Below, one piece after another: positions 48,671 through 58,771 of a stretch of 64,000 nt of DNA. The notes beneath the pieces were generated by a model. That model did no database searches. It was not told where the DNA came from and saw only the letters and a program-made list of their open reading frames with translations. The stretch lies in the NCBI GenBank assembly GCA_963667725.2, contig CAXXHO010000004.1:32001-96000 (forward strand), read 5' to 3'. Numbering within the stretch: the first letter of the stretch is position 1; every line of letters begins with the position of its first letter. This DNA is from Treponemataceae bacterium (lineage in GTDB: Bacteria; Spirochaetota; Spirochaetia; Treponematales; Rectinemataceae). Both the position numbers and the translations under genes were made by a program.

Positions 48671-49647
48671 ACCGGTTCCTCCTCGCTGTGGGGGTGATGG
48701 CAGCGGCAGCCGCGGCCGGGGCCGAGCTCGGTTTCGGCGGGGTCGCGATCGCAGGAGGCGTCGGCCCTGGGGCAGCGCGCCCGGAAGGCGCATTCCTCGC
48801 CGATGGCGAGGGGAGAGGGGGTCATGCCGGGGATCTGGTAGAGTTCGCCGCCCCGAGCCGAGCGCGCGGGCAGGGAACGTATCAGGCCGCGGGTGTAGGG
48901 GTGGCGGGGGTGGTCCAGGATCTGGTCCACGGTGCCGCGCTCCACGATCTTGCCGGCGTACATCACGCAGATTTTATCGGCCAGGCCGGCCACCACGGAG
49001 AGGTCGTGGGTGATCCAGATCAGGGCGGTGCCGGACTCGGCGCAGAGGGCGCGCATTTCGTACAGGATTTGGGCCTGGATGGTAACGTCCAGGGCGGTGG
49101 TGGGTTCGTCGGCGATGATGAGGGCGGGTTGGTTCAGGAGGGCGATGGCGATGCAGACGCGCTGGCGCATGCCGCCCGAGAACTGGTGGGGATAGGCGGC
49201 GAGCCTTTCCTCCGGCGAGGGGATGCCGACCTTGCGCAGGGCCTCCACGGCGCGGCGGCGGGCCTCGGCCTCGCCCACTTTGGCGTGGGCGCGCACGGCC
49301 TCGACCATCTGGGTGCCGATGCGCAAGACGGGGTTCAGGGTCATGAGGGGGTCCTGGAAGACCGCCGCGATGGCCGAGCCGCGCAGCTGGCGGCGCCGTT
49401 CCTCGCTCATGGCGAGCATGTCCTCGCCTTTGAAGAGGATATGGCCGCCGGCGATCCTGCCCGGGCTGTCCACGAGGCCGAGGATGGAAAAGCCGGTGAC
49501 GCTCTTGCCGGAGCCGGACTCGCCCACGATGCCGAGGACTTCCCCGGCGTCCAGGGTGAAGGAGATGTCGTTGACGGCCTTGACCTCGCCCGCCTTGGTG
49601 AAAAAGGAGGTTCGGAGATCGCGCACGTCCAGGGTGGGGGGGGTCAT
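48667..49647 (-). CDS. oligo/dipeptide ABC transporter ATP-binding protein (OppD/DppD-like)
   Basis: [31 protein letters not shown]. Confidence 0.9.
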   Translation of the reverse strand: MTPPTLDVRDLRTSFFTKAGEVKAVNDISFTLDAGEVLGIVGESGSGKSVTGFSILGLVDSPGRIAGGHILFKGEDMLAMSEERRRQLRGSAIAAVFQDPLMTLNPVLRIGTQMVEAVRAHAKVGEAEARRRAVEALRKVGIPSPEERLAAYPHQFSGGMRQRVCIAIALLNQPALIIADEPTTALDVTIQAQILYEMRALCAESGTALIWITHDLSVVAGLADKICVMYAGKIVERGTVDQILDHPRHPYTRGLIRSLPARSARGGELYQIPGMTPSPLAIGEECAFRARCPRADASCDRDPAETELGPGRGCRCHHPHSEEEPV

Positions 49648-50570
49648 CGCTTGAGCCTCGGGTTGAGCACGTCGCGCAGGCGGTCGCCCATCATGTTGAG
49701 GGCGACGATCACGACGACCAGGGCGATGCCTGGGTAGAAGCTGATCCAGTACTTTCCGGAAAGGAGGTAACGGAATCCGTTGGAGATGAGGAGGCCGAGC
49801 GAGGGCTCGGTGATGGGCAGGCCGATGCCGAGGAAGCTCAGGGTGGCTTCCGTAGAGATGGCCCTGGCCACCATGGTGGTGGCGATGACGATGATGGAGG
49901 GCATGACGTTGGGCATGAGGTGGCGGAAGATGATGCGGGCTTCCGAGAGGCGCAGGGCGCGGGCGGCTTCGATATATTCGCGGTTGCGCTCGGCCAAGGC
50001 CGATCCACGGGCGGCGCGGGCGAAGTAGGCCCAGTGGACGATGACGAGGGCGAGTGTGATTTTGTCCACGCCCTGGCCAAGGACGACGAGGAGGACCAGC
50101 GCGATAAGCAGGGCCGGGAAGCTGAGCTGGAGGTCCACGACGCGCATGAGGAGGGTGTCGAATCGGCCGCCCTTGTAGGCGGCGATGAGGCCGAGCGAGG
50201 TGCCGAGGATGAAGGCAGCGATGGTGCTGATGATGCCGACCGAGAGGCTGATGCGCATGCCGTAGAGGATGGCGGAGAGCATGTCCCTGCCCTGCTCGTC
50301 GGTGCCGAGGAGGTAGGTCATGCCGGAGAAGCTCTTGGAGAGGGGCGCGAGGGCGCCGTCCAGGAGGTCGAGCTTGGCGAGGTCGTAGGGGTCCTGGGGC
50401 GCGATGATGCTGGCGGCCGCGGCGGCCAGGACGAAGAGGGCCACGATGACGGCGGCGATGATGGCCGAGGGGCTTTCGGCGTACTCGGCCAGGGCCTTGC
50501 CGAGGGGGCGGTCGCGGAACGGCACGGCGGTTTTAGCCCGGGCAGCGGGTAGCTTTCGGGCGCGGCTCAT
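49644..50570 (-). CDS. peptide ABC transporter permease (OppC/DppC-like)
   Basis: LGTDEQGRD, EAARAL EAA loop, LSFLGIG. Confidence 0.9.
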   Translation of the reverse strand: MSRARKLPAARAKTAVPFRDRPLGKALAEYAESPSAIIAAVIVALFVLAAAAASIIAPQDPYDLAKLDLLDGALAPLSKSFSGMTYLLGTDEQGRDMLSAILYGMRISLSVGIISTIAAFILGTSLGLIAAYKGGRFDTLLMRVVDLQLSFPALLIALVLLVVLGQGVDKITLALVIVHWAYFARAARGSALAERNREYIEAARALRLSEARIIFRHLMPNVMPSIIVIATTMVARAISTEATLSFLGIGLPITEPSLGLLISNGFRYLLSGKYWISFYPGIALVVVIVALNMMGDRLRDVLNPRLKR

Positions 50571-51541
50571 CGGCGTTCCTCCAGGCGAACCCGGGGGTCC
50601 AGGGCGGTGTAGACGAGGTCGACGATCAGGTTGATGGCGATGAACATGACGACGATCATCATGAGGTAGGCGACGATGACGGGGCGGTCCAGGACGCCGA
50701 TGCTGTCGATCAGGAGCTTGCCCATGCCGGGCCAGGCGAAGACGGTTTCGGTGACGGTGGCGAAGGCAATGGTTCTGCCGAATTCGAGGCCGAGGACGGT
50801 GACGATGGGAAGGAGGGTGTTTTTCAGAACGTGCACGAAGATGACGCGGGCGGGCCTGAGGCCTTTGGCCTTGGCGTACTTGACGTAGTCGCTGCGGACG
50901 ACTTCTTGAGTGCCCGCCCGCGTGAGACGAATCACGAGCGAGAGCTTGAAGCAGGCCAGATTGAAGGCCGGCAGCAGCATGTGCCTGAGGCCGTCCAGGG
51001 TGAGGAAGCTGAAGGGGATGCCGAAGAGGTCCTTTGTCTGGCCTCTGCCGGAGGCGGGGAGCCATCCCAGAAAGACTGAAAACACCATGACCATCATCAG
51101 GCCCAGCCAGAAGGAGGGGACGGAGAATCCGAAGGCGGAGAAGCCCATGATCATTTTGCTCCAGGGGGCGTCGGGTTTGAGCCCGCAGAGGAGGCCCAAG
51201 GGGATGCCCACGAGGATGGTGAGGAAGAGGGCGGCGAAGGCGATCTCCAGGGTGGCGGGCACGCGCTCGGCGATGAGGCCGAGCGCCGGCTCGTTGTACT
51301 TGAAAGACCGCCCGAGGTCGCCTTTGGCGGCGTTGGCGAGGAAGAGGCCGTACTGGGCGTAGAGGGGCTTGTCGAGGCCGAAGTGGCGGACGATGTCCGC
51401 GCGCTCGGCCTCGGTGGCGTCCGGGGATATGAGCACGTCGGCGGGATTGCCGATGGCGTAGACGCCCATGAACACCAGGAGCGACATCGCGAGGATGAGG
51501 ATAACGCTCTGGAAGAGCCGCCGAACGATAAAGACGACCAC
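50567..51541 (-). CDS. peptide ABC transporter permease (OppB/DppB-like)
   Basis: GLDKPL..QY, GDLG.S, AKAKGL, ETVFAWPGMG; GTG start after GGAGG. Confidence 0.9.
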   Translation of the reverse strand: MVVFIVRRLFQSVILILAMSLLVFMGVYAIGNPADVLISPDATEAERADIVRHFGLDKPLYAQYGLFLANAAKGDLGRSFKYNEPALGLIAERVPATLEIAFAALFLTILVGIPLGLLCGLKPDAPWSKMIMGFSAFGFSVPSFWLGLMMVMVFSVFLGWLPASGRGQTKDLFGIPFSFLTLDGLRHMLLPAFNLACFKLSLVIRLTRAGTQEVVRSDYVKYAKAKGLRPARVIFVHVLKNTLLPIVTVLGLEFGRTIAFATVTETVFAWPGMGKLLIDSIGVLDRPVIVAYLMMIVVMFIAINLIVDLVYTALDPRVRLEERR

Positions 51542-51567
51542 GGTGTGTCCTCCGCTCCCTTGTCCGC

Positions 51568-53163
51568 TTACTTTACCGGCCTGACGTAATTGGCCAGGGT
51601 GTATTCGTCCATGCGCGCCTCGTAGGTGAGGCCTTTCTTGAGCGCCCAGGTAGTGGTCTGGTAGTAGAGCGGGATGATGGCGTGGTCTTTGGCGAAGGCG
51701 ATGCGCGCCGCTTCCTGGAGGAAGGATTCGCGCTTGTCGTCGTCGGAGGCCGCGGCCGCCGCCACGATCTGCTTGTCGAACTCGGGGTTGGAATAGCGGC
51801 CGCGGTTGTTGGCCCCCAGGCCCGCGGCGGTGTTGTAGGTGGCCAGGACGGCCGTCATGCCACGGGCGGAGTCGCCGGTGGTGTTGCCGAAGCCCATCAG
51901 GAAGATGCTGTACTCGAGCTTGGTGGCCGCCGTGCTGAAGACCGAGTAGGGCAGCGCCTGGACTTTGATGTCCAGCCCAATGCGGGCGAAGAACTGGCCG
52001 ATGGTCTGGGCGACCTGCTCGTCGTTGAGGTAGCGGTCGTTGGGCGAATGCAGGGTGAGGGAGAAGCCGTTGGGGTAGCCCGCCTCGGCGAGGAGGCGCT
52101 TGGCTTTCTCGACGTCGTAGGGTTCGGGCAGGAGGTCGGGGGCGTAGCCGACCATGCCTTCCGGGACGAACTGGCCGGCGGGCTCGGCCGCGCCGGAGAG
52201 GACGCGCTCGACCAGGGCCTGGCGGTTGATGGCCAGGGAAAGGGCTTCGCGGACTTTGGGGTCCTTGAGGGGGTTCTTGTCCAGGGGCTTGCCGTCCTTG
52301 CCGGCCACGAAGGGCGACTTGTCGCGGTTGGAGTCCATGTGGATGTACATCATGGTGGCTGCGGGCTTGGACAGGAGAGTGACGCGGCTGTCCTTGCGGA
52401 GCCTGTCCTGGTCCACGGGGGAGACTTGGTCGATCATGTCCACGTCGCCGGCCAGGAGGGCGGCCACGCGGGAGGGGTCGTTGGTGATGGGCCTGAAGAT
52501 GACGCGGTCGTAGGAGGATTTGACGCCCCAGTAGGCGGGGTTCTTGTCCAGGACGAGGCGGTCGCCGCGCACCCATTCGACGAATTTGAAGGGGCCAGTG
52601 CCGTTCACGTACTTGCCTTTGTTGAAGTCGTCCTGGGTGGCGTCGGCCGGGGTGGTCGAAGGCAGGACGTACACGAAGGTGAGGTCGATGGGCAGCTGGG
52701 GCGAGGGGGTCTTGAGAAGGAGCCTGACAGTGAGGTTGTCCACGGCCACGGCATCCTTGATGGCGGCCACGTTGCGCTTGTAGCTGGAGGGGGAGTCGGG
52801 CACGCGGGGGATGCGCTTGAGGCTGAAGACGATGTCGTCGGCGCCGAAGAGCTTGCCGTCGTGGAACTTGACGCCGGGCCTGAGCTTGAGTTCCCAGGTG
52901 AGGGAGTCGACTTCCTTCCAGGAGAGGGCGAGGTTGGGGATCATGCGCAGGTTCTTGTCCCTGCCCACGATGGTCTCGAAGATTTGCTGGGAGGCGAGCT
53001 GGGTGGCTCCGGTGGTGGAGTACTGGGGGTCGATGGAGGCGGGTTCGGTGGAGACGCCCACTTTGAGGGTGGTCTGCGCGTAGGCGCCGAAGAGCGCCGC
53101 GAAAATGGCGGCGACGGCGAGCGCGAGGGTTGCGCGGCGTCGGGCGACGGTTCCTTTCGTCAT
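51568..53163 (-). CDS. ABC transporter substrate-binding protein, family 5
   Basis: Signal peptide, LRPGVKFHDG, GTGPFK, D.KVREALSLAINR, LLAEAGYPNGF. Confidence 0.9.
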   Translation of the reverse strand: MTKGTVARRRATLALAVAAIFAALFGAYAQTTLKVGVSTEPASIDPQYSTTGATQLASQQIFETIVGRDKNLRMIPNLALSWKEVDSLTWELKLRPGVKFHDGKLFGADDIVFSLKRIPRVPDSPSSYKRNVAAIKDAVAVDNLTVRLLLKTPSPQLPIDLTFVYVLPSTTPADATQDDFNKGKYVNGTGPFKFVEWVRGDRLVLDKNPAYWGVKSSYDRVIFRPITNDPSRVAALLAGDVDMIDQVSPVDQDRLRKDSRVTLLSKPAATMMYIHMDSNRDKSPFVAGKDGKPLDKNPLKDPKVREALSLAINRQALVERVLSGAAEPAGQFVPEGMVGYAPDLLPEPYDVEKAKRLLAEAGYPNGFSLTLHSPNDRYLNDEQVAQTIGQFFARIGLDIKVQALPYSVFSTAATKLEYSIFLMGFGNTTGDSARGMTAVLATYNTAAGLGANNRGRYSNPEFDKQIVAAAAASDDDKRESFLQEAARIAFAKDHAIIPLYYQTTTWALKKGLTYEARMDEYTLANYVRPVK

Positions 53164-53251
53164 GATGGTTCCTCCTGGAAATGCCTGGGTATGGGGCATC
53201 GGGCCTCCGCGGGCCCTTAGCGCTATTCTAGGGTCGCCTTTGGGCGGGGTA

Positions 53252-53293
53252 TGTAGGAGCCCGGCGGAACTTCGCGTAGGACGGCGTCCTACG
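53252..53293. promoter_or_regulatory. candidate response-regulator binding sites
   Basis: CGTAGGA-N5-TCCTACG (53275-53293) plus half site TGTAGGA (53252-53258) upstream of the ABC operon. Confidence 0.4.
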
Positions 53294-53296
53294 AAG

Positions 53297-53327
53297 TTAA
53301 CTATTGGGGTCAGACCCCAATAGTTAA
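53297..53327. repeat. repeat B, perfect extended palindrome
   Basis: TTAACTATTGGGGTC-A-GACCCCAATAGTTAA; contains the stop of the response regulator. Confidence 0.9.
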
Positions 53328-53959
53328 CCGAAGTCGGCCAGGCCGTGGAGGTGGGCGTAGCGCATGAGCTGGCTGTTGTTCTCGAAGCGCATTTTCTCCA
53401 TGAGCCGGGTGCGGTAGGTGCTGACCGTTTTGACCGAGAGGTTGAGGGCGGCGGCGATCTCGCCCACGCTCCTGCCGCCGGCCAGGAACTTGAGGATCTG
53501 GAATTCGCGGTCTGAGAGGCGGAGGTGGGGGCTGTCCTCGCCGCCGGAGAGTTCGTCCAGGAGGAGCTCGCCGGCCTTGGGGCTGAGGTAGCGCCTGCCC
53601 GCCAGCACGGTTTTGACAGCCTCGACGAGCTCGCCGGGGTCGATGGCTTTGTTGGCGCAGCCGGAGGCGCCGAGCCTGAAGGCGCGCAGGGCGTACTGTT
53701 CCTCCGGTAGGATGGTGAGGACGAGGATGTGGGTGGCGGGGTCGAGGTCCTTGAGGTCGCGGATGAGGTCGAGGCCGTCCATGCCGGGCATGGAGAAGTC
53801 CAGGATGACGAGGTCGTAGCTTGCGGCGCGCGCGAGGCCGAGGACGGCGTGGCCGTCCTCGGCCTCGTCCACGGCGCAGTCGGGCAGGGTGGATTCAAGG
53901 AGCTGGCGCAGGCCTTTGCGCACGAGGAAGTGGTCGTCGGCCACGAGTATGCGTTTCAT
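53324..53959 (-). CDS. NarL/LuxR-family response regulator
   Basis: VADDH, LDFSMPGMDG, LSDRE, LSVKTVSTYRTR. Confidence 0.95.
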   Translation of the reverse strand: MKRILVADDHFLVRKGLRQLLESTLPDCAVDEAEDGHAVLGLARAASYDLVILDFSMPGMDGLDLIRDLKDLDPATHILVLTILPEEQYALRAFRLGASGCANKAIDPGELVEAVKTVLAGRRYLSPKAGELLLDELSGGEDSPHLRLSDREFQILKFLAGGRSVGEIAAALNLSVKTVSTYRTRLMEKMRFENNSQLMRYAHLHGLADFG

Positions 53960-56900
53960 GGTTCCTCCGAGGTGCGGCGGGGTCTGGCCACGGGAAAACG
54001 CGCGGTGACCGTGCAGCCGCCGCCCGGCGGCGACGCGAAGCTCAAGGCGCCTTTTCGGGCGGCGCAGGCCTCCCGCATGCCGATAATGCCGAACGAGTCG
54101 CGCGCCGCGATCTTGGCCGCCCCGATGCCGACGCCGTCGTCCTGGACTTCGAGGAGGTAGAAGCCCTCCTCGAGGCGGAAGCGCACGGCGGCGGTTGTGG
54201 CCTGGGCATGCCTTGCCACATTGCTGAGCATTTCCTGCAGGAGGCGGAAAAAGGCCTTGGCGGTGTCCGCCGGCATGTCCTTCCAGCCGGGTCCGATGTC
54301 CAGGCTCGTCCCGATGCCGCTCATGCGGTCGAAGCTCCTCACGTAATACTTCAGGACGTCGGGGAAGTCCAGCGTGTCCAGGCCGACGGGGCGCAGGCGG
54401 GTGGCCACGACCTTGACCGCGGCCATGGCGTCCAGGATGCCTTTCTGCAGCTGGGCCACCACGGGCAGGCGCTCGGAGGCCTCGGCCTCGGGGTGCCGGG
54501 CGAGCCAGTAGGCGTGGAAATTGAGGACCATGAGGTGCTGGCCGATCTCGTCGTGGACGTCGCGGGCGGCGATGGTGCGCTCCTCCTCCCTGGCATCCTC
54601 GATGTGGCGGGCGAAGCGCGCGAGGAGTTCGTTGCGGCGCTTGAGGCTGCGCAGGGCCGCCATGACGCCCGCCACCACGAGGAGGGCGAGGCCGGCGGCG
54701 GAGGCGGCGCGGAACCACCAGGCTCCCCACCAGGGCGGGCTGACGACGATGGCCAGGGAGGCGCCGTAGCGGTTCCAGACGCCGTTGCCGTTGGCGGCGC
54801 GCACGCGGAGCATGTAGCGCCCGGGGGCGAGGGGCGCGATGTAGCCCGAGTTCATGGAGCCCATGTCGGACCAGGCCGACTGCCGGCCTTCGAGCATCAT
54901 GGCGTAGCGGTTCCTGCCCGAGGAGGAGAAGTCGATGGCGGCGATGGTGAAGCGCAAGCCGGCGTTGCCGTAGCCGAGGCTGATCTCGTCGCGCTCGGGG
55001 GAGCGCCTGGCCGCGCCGGAGCCGCCGGCGGTCTCAACGTCGGCGACGATGACGTCGGGCGGAAGGCCGTAGCGCGAGACTTTGGCGGGGTCGAAGCGGG
55101 TGATGCCGCCCTCGCCTCCCAGCCAGATATGGCCGTCCGAGTCCGCCAGGACCATGCCCGCGCCGTAGCCGCCGGGGGCGAGCCCGTCCTCGGGGCCGAA
55201 GCGAAAGAGGTCGCCGCGCTGGGGGTCGTAGGCGTAGAAGCCGCGGGAACCGGCCACCCAGAGGATGCCCTGGCTGTCCTCTGCCAGGCCGTAGATGGTT
55301 TCGTCGTCCAAGCCCGATGCGACAGCCCGCGCGCCTATGGTTTCGGTTTTAGGGTCGATGGCGGCGAGGCCGCCGCCGCCCATGCCGACCCAGAGCCTGC
55401 CGCGGGAGTCTTCCAGGACGGCGTTGACGCGCAGGCTGCCCAGGCCTTCACGGCTGCGGCCGCCTCTGCCGAAGGACCTGAAACGCGCGCCGCTGGGTTC
55501 GCGGACGAAGAGGCCGGCGTCGGCAGTCCCCGCCCAGGTTCTGCCCGACGAATCGCGGTAGAGGCAGGAAATCGTGGAGGCGGGCAGGCGCGGAGGCTGC
55601 TGCTGCGAGGGCAGCGGGGCTTGCCCCGCCGCGTAGCCCCAATGCTCGGCCTTGCCCGTGCGCGGATCGACGAGGTCGAGGCCGCCGCCTTCCGTGCCCA
55701 CCCAGATTTTGCCGTTTTCGGCTTCAAGAAGGCTTAGGACATAGGGGGAAGCGATCCTGACGATGCGGCCGTCCGGTCTGCGCCCGACCAAGCCTTCCCT
55801 GCCCATGCCCAGCCAGAGCGAGCCGTCGGCGAGGGCCAGGATTGCCTGCGCCTTTCCGCGGGCGGCCGGCGGCATCGGCGTGGCCGGCGCGAACGCGCCG
55901 GCCACCGCATCGAACGCGACGAGCCCGGAATTCGAGCCCGCCGCCAACAGCCGCCCCGAGGGTGTCTTGGCCATCGCCGCAACCGCGCCGAGCGTTCCGC
56001 CGCCCGCGACCGCCGAGAAGCGCTGGAAATTGGCCGAGCGGAAATCGCCGGTGAGGAGGCCGCCCGACCGCATGCCCGCCCAGAGCAGGCCGCGGCGGTC
56101 GCGCAGCATGGCCGAGACTTCGCGCCCCTGGCCAAAGGGGTACGCCGCAAGCTCCATGCTCGAAGGGTCGAGGATGCCCACCCCGCCCTCGCGCAAGCCC
56201 ACCCAGATTTGGCCCTGCTGGTCCTCGGCGATGGCGGAAACGGCTATGGCCGCGCCCGCCGCCGCGCCGCCCTTGGCGCCGGCCGCCAAACGGGCATGCC
56301 TGAATTTTCCGCCCTCGAAAAGGTCGAGGCCGCCGTCCGCGTAGCCCACCCATAAAAAGCCGAGCGAATCTTCCATTATCGCGCTGACGCGATCGGAGGC
56401 GAGGCCGCCCGCGCCCTTCGCGTAGCGCGCCAGGGGTTTCCCCTCGCCGTCGAGGAGCGAAATGCCCGCCCCGTCGGTGCCGACCCAGACCCGCTCCCTC
56501 GCGTCGGCGGCGAGGGCCGTCACCGCTGCGCCCGTATCGCCCGGCGCCGCGAACACTCCTCCCGTCAGGCTTTCGGGATCGATCGCCCAGACCGTGCCGT
56601 CATTCGCCCCGGCGAAGACCCTGCCCCGCAGGTCGATGGCTAAGGCGGCGATCCGCAGGGAGCGCTCGCCGGGCGGGTCGGCCAGCTGGACCCGCCGGAA
56701 CTCACCTGAGAGCGTATCGTACCGCAGGACGCCGTCGGAGGCGGCGATCCAGATCCCGTTCCGGCCGTCGGCCAATATCCTGTTGATCGAGGGCACGCCC
56801 AGTACGCCGCCCCAGGTTTCCGGCCTGAACGAGGCGAAGCCCTGGCCGTCGTAACGGTACAGGCCGTCGCCGGCGCCGATCCAGATCAGGCCCCTGCTGT

Positions 56901-57078
56901 CCTGGGCGATCGAATGGATAGCGCCGCCCGCGAAACCCTGGTCCCTGCCCAGGGTACGCCAGGCGATGTCCGCAGGGTCGCTGGCCCACGCCCGCATTGC
57001 GGCCAGCGCGAAGGCAAGGGCGCAGAGAACGGTCCTCCGCCGCAAAAAATGAGTCAGCCGTCCGCGCTTGGTCGCCAT
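53956..57078 (-). CDS. sensor histidine kinase with beta-propeller (Reg_prop) repeats, Y_Y_Y and HisKA_3 domains
   Basis: Repeated EDS.G.LW(V/I)G, PG.Y.LRVRAAN..GVW, PPWW, ARDVHDEIGQ, QDDGVG. Confidence 0.9.
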   Translation of the reverse strand: MATKRGRLTHFLRRRTVLCALAFALAAMRAWASDPADIAWRTLGRDQGFAGGAIHSIAQDSRGLIWIGAGDGLYRYDGQGFASFRPETWGGVLGVPSINRILADGRNGIWIAASDGVLRYDTLSGEFRRVQLADPPGERSLRIAALAIDLRGRVFAGANDGTVWAIDPESLTGGVFAAPGDTGAAVTALAADARERVWVGTDGAGISLLDGEGKPLARYAKGAGGLASDRVSAIMEDSLGFLWVGYADGGLDLFEGGKFRHARLAAGAKGGAAAGAAIAVSAIAEDQQGQIWVGLREGGVGILDPSSMELAAYPFGQGREVSAMLRDRRGLLWAGMRSGGLLTGDFRSANFQRFSAVAGGGTLGAVAAMAKTPSGRLLAAGSNSGLVAFDAVAGAFAPATPMPPAARGKAQAILALADGSLWLGMGREGLVGRRPDGRIVRIASPYVLSLLEAENGKIWVGTEGGGLDLVDPRTGKAEHWGYAAGQAPLPSQQQPPRLPASTISCLYRDSSGRTWAGTADAGLFVREPSGARFRSFGRGGRSREGLGSLRVNAVLEDSRGRLWVGMGGGGLAAIDPKTETIGARAVASGLDDETIYGLAEDSQGILWVAGSRGFYAYDPQRGDLFRFGPEDGLAPGGYGAGMVLADSDGHIWLGGEGGITRFDPAKVSRYGLPPDVIVADVETAGGSGAARRSPERDEISLGYGNAGLRFTIAAIDFSSSGRNRYAMMLEGRQSAWSDMGSMNSGYIAPLAPGRYMLRVRAANGNGVWNRYGASLAIVVSPPWWGAWWFRAASAAGLALLVVAGVMAALRSLKRRNELLARFARHIEDAREEERTIAARDVHDEIGQHLMVLNFHAYWLARHPEAEASERLPVVAQLQKGILDAMAAVKVVATRLRPVGLDTLDFPDVLKYYVRSFDRMSGIGTSLDIGPGWKDMPADTAKAFFRLLQEMLSNVARHAQATTAAVRFRLEEGFYLLEVQDDGVGIGAAKIAARDSFGIIGMREACAARKGALSFASPPGGGCTVTARFPVARPRRTSEEP

Positions 57079-57117
57079 GGTGACGATGGTAGCCCGAACG
57101 AGGCGCCTTTTCCATAT

Positions 57118-57301
57118 GACAGGACGACAGGAGGGGACAGGATTTACAGGAAATGTGTTTAGGTTAAGAGAACACGCGGCTCTTCTCTTAACCCTTTTTT
57201 TATTTCCATTTCTTCTCTTCTCTTTCTTTCTTAACCAAAAGCTCTTTCCTGTCAGTCCTGAGGAGTCCTGGGATCCTGTCGTGGAGTCCTGTCGTCCTGT
57301 C
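57118..57301 (+). repeat. repeat A copy
   Basis: Full copy with extra right-arm units. Confidence 0.95.
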
Positions 57302-57355
57302 CTCTTCACGGGCTTGAGGATTGTTGCCTGAGGCGAAGCATTGTATCCTTCCCGC

Positions 57356-58588
57356 GTGGACCTTCAAAAGATAGGCAAGCTCGGCCTGCTGCTCGCGATT
57401 CTCGCGCTCGCCCATTGGGCGGGAGGATTCCCCACGTTCCATGTGACGCTGGAGGGCATGTGCCTGATCGCGGCGCTCTCAATCTACGTCATCGGCACCC
57501 GCACCTACCGCTTCTCGAACAGCGTGATGCTCCTCTATATCAGCGTGGCGTTCATGTACGTCGGGGCGCTCGAAGTGCTCCACCTGTTCTACTATAACGG
57601 CGTCGGCCTGCTGCAGGGCGCCTCGACCAACCGGGCCGCGCAGTTCTGGACCGCCTCGCGCGCCCTGGAAATCGGGGCGATCTGCGCAGTGCCCCTCGCC
57701 CTCAAGCGCCGATCTTCCCGCCTCAGGCTCCATCTCGGCTTTTTCGCGGCCGCCGCCCTCCTAGCCGCCTCGATTCTGGCGGGAATCTTTCCGGCCTGCT
57801 TCGTCGAGGGCTCGGGCTACACCGCCTTCAAGCGCTGGGCCGAACTGGCAATCGCAGCCGCGTCGGCCGCGAGCCTTGTGATGATGAGGGCGACGCCAGG
57901 CAAGGTTGGGAGCAAGGTTTCAGCAAGGACAATGTCGGGCGTCGCGGCTTTCGGAGCCTCGGGCCTGCTCTTCGCCTTCAGGCTCGCCCACCAGGGGCCG
58001 CTTGACGCCTTCGCCCATCTCCTCAGCCTTCTCTCCTTCGCTTTTTTCTGGTCCATCGTGATCGAGGAGGGGCTCGACCGCCCTTACGAGCACATGTTCC
58101 GCGAAATCTACGAGCGCTCCACCCGCGACATCCTGACGGGGCTCCGCAACCGCGCGGGCTTCGACCGCGACGCGGAGTCGGCGCTCGCCGCCAAGGGCGC
58201 CGGGGAGACTGAGTTCTCGCTTTTAGCCATGGATTTGGACGATTTCAAGCAGGTGAACGACGACTTCGGCCACCCGGAGGGCGATGTGGCGCTCAAGGAG
58301 TTCGCGGCCATCCTCGCCGAAGCGCTGGGCGAAGGCCCTCTTATCGCCCGTTACGGCGGGGACGAATTCGTGGTGCTCGCCGAGGGCGGCGCGGCCTGGG
58401 CTTCAGCCGCCGAGGCTAGGCTGCGCAGCCGCGCCGCGGCATGGCGCGAATCCCCGCGCCGTACGGCCCTGGGGCTTTCACTCGCTTGGGTGTCGCGGCG
58501 CGGCGGTCCGGGCGCCGCCCTGGAAGCCCTCTATCGCGAGGCCGACGCCCTCATGCTCGACGAGAAGCGCCGGAAGCACGCGCGATAG
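57356..58588 (+). CDS. MASE3-type membrane diguanylate cyclase
   Basis: Multi-TM N-terminus (FHVTLE, NRAAQFW..SR), D.LTGL.NR, DLDDFK.VND.FGH..GD, RYGGDEF; GTG start inferred. Confidence 0.85.
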   Translation: MDLQKIGKLGLLLAILALAHWAGGFPTFHVTLEGMCLIAALSIYVIGTRTYRFSNSVMLLYISVAFMYVGALEVLHLFYYNGVGLLQGASTNRAAQFWTASRALEIGAICAVPLALKRRSSRLRLHLGFFAAAALLAASILAGIFPACFVEGSGYTAFKRWAELAIAAASAASLVMMRATPGKVGSKVSARTMSGVAAFGASGLLFAFRLAHQGPLDAFAHLLSLLSFAFFWSIVIEEGLDRPYEHMFREIYERSTRDILTGLRNRAGFDRDAESALAAKGAGETEFSLLAMDLDDFKQVNDDFGHPEGDVALKEFAAILAEALGEGPLIARYGGDEFVVLAEGGAAWASAAEARLRSRAAAWRESPRRTALGLSLAWVSRRGGPGAALEALYREADALMLDEKRRKHAR

Positions 58589-58767
58589 GACAGGACGATA
58601 CGACAGGACGACAGGACTAGACAGGATCTACAGGAAATGTGTTTGGGTTAAGAGAACGCGCGGCTCTTCTCCTAACCTTTTTTTTAATCTTTTCTTCTCT
58701 TCTCTTCTCTTCTCTTTCTTAACCAAAAGCTCCTTCCTGTCAGTCCTGTGTTTCCTGTCGTCCTGTC
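58589..58767 (+). repeat. repeat A copy
   Basis: Starts immediately after the TAG of the GGDEF gene. Confidence 0.95.
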
Positions 58768-58771
58768 GTAT

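Noticed and set aside
45748..57309. Many long overlapping ORFs and N-terminal extensions (e.g. starts 48245, 51065, 52576, 53898, 54730, 57309)
   Set aside because: High-GC shadow frames; true starts chosen from SD or promoter position and domain boundaries
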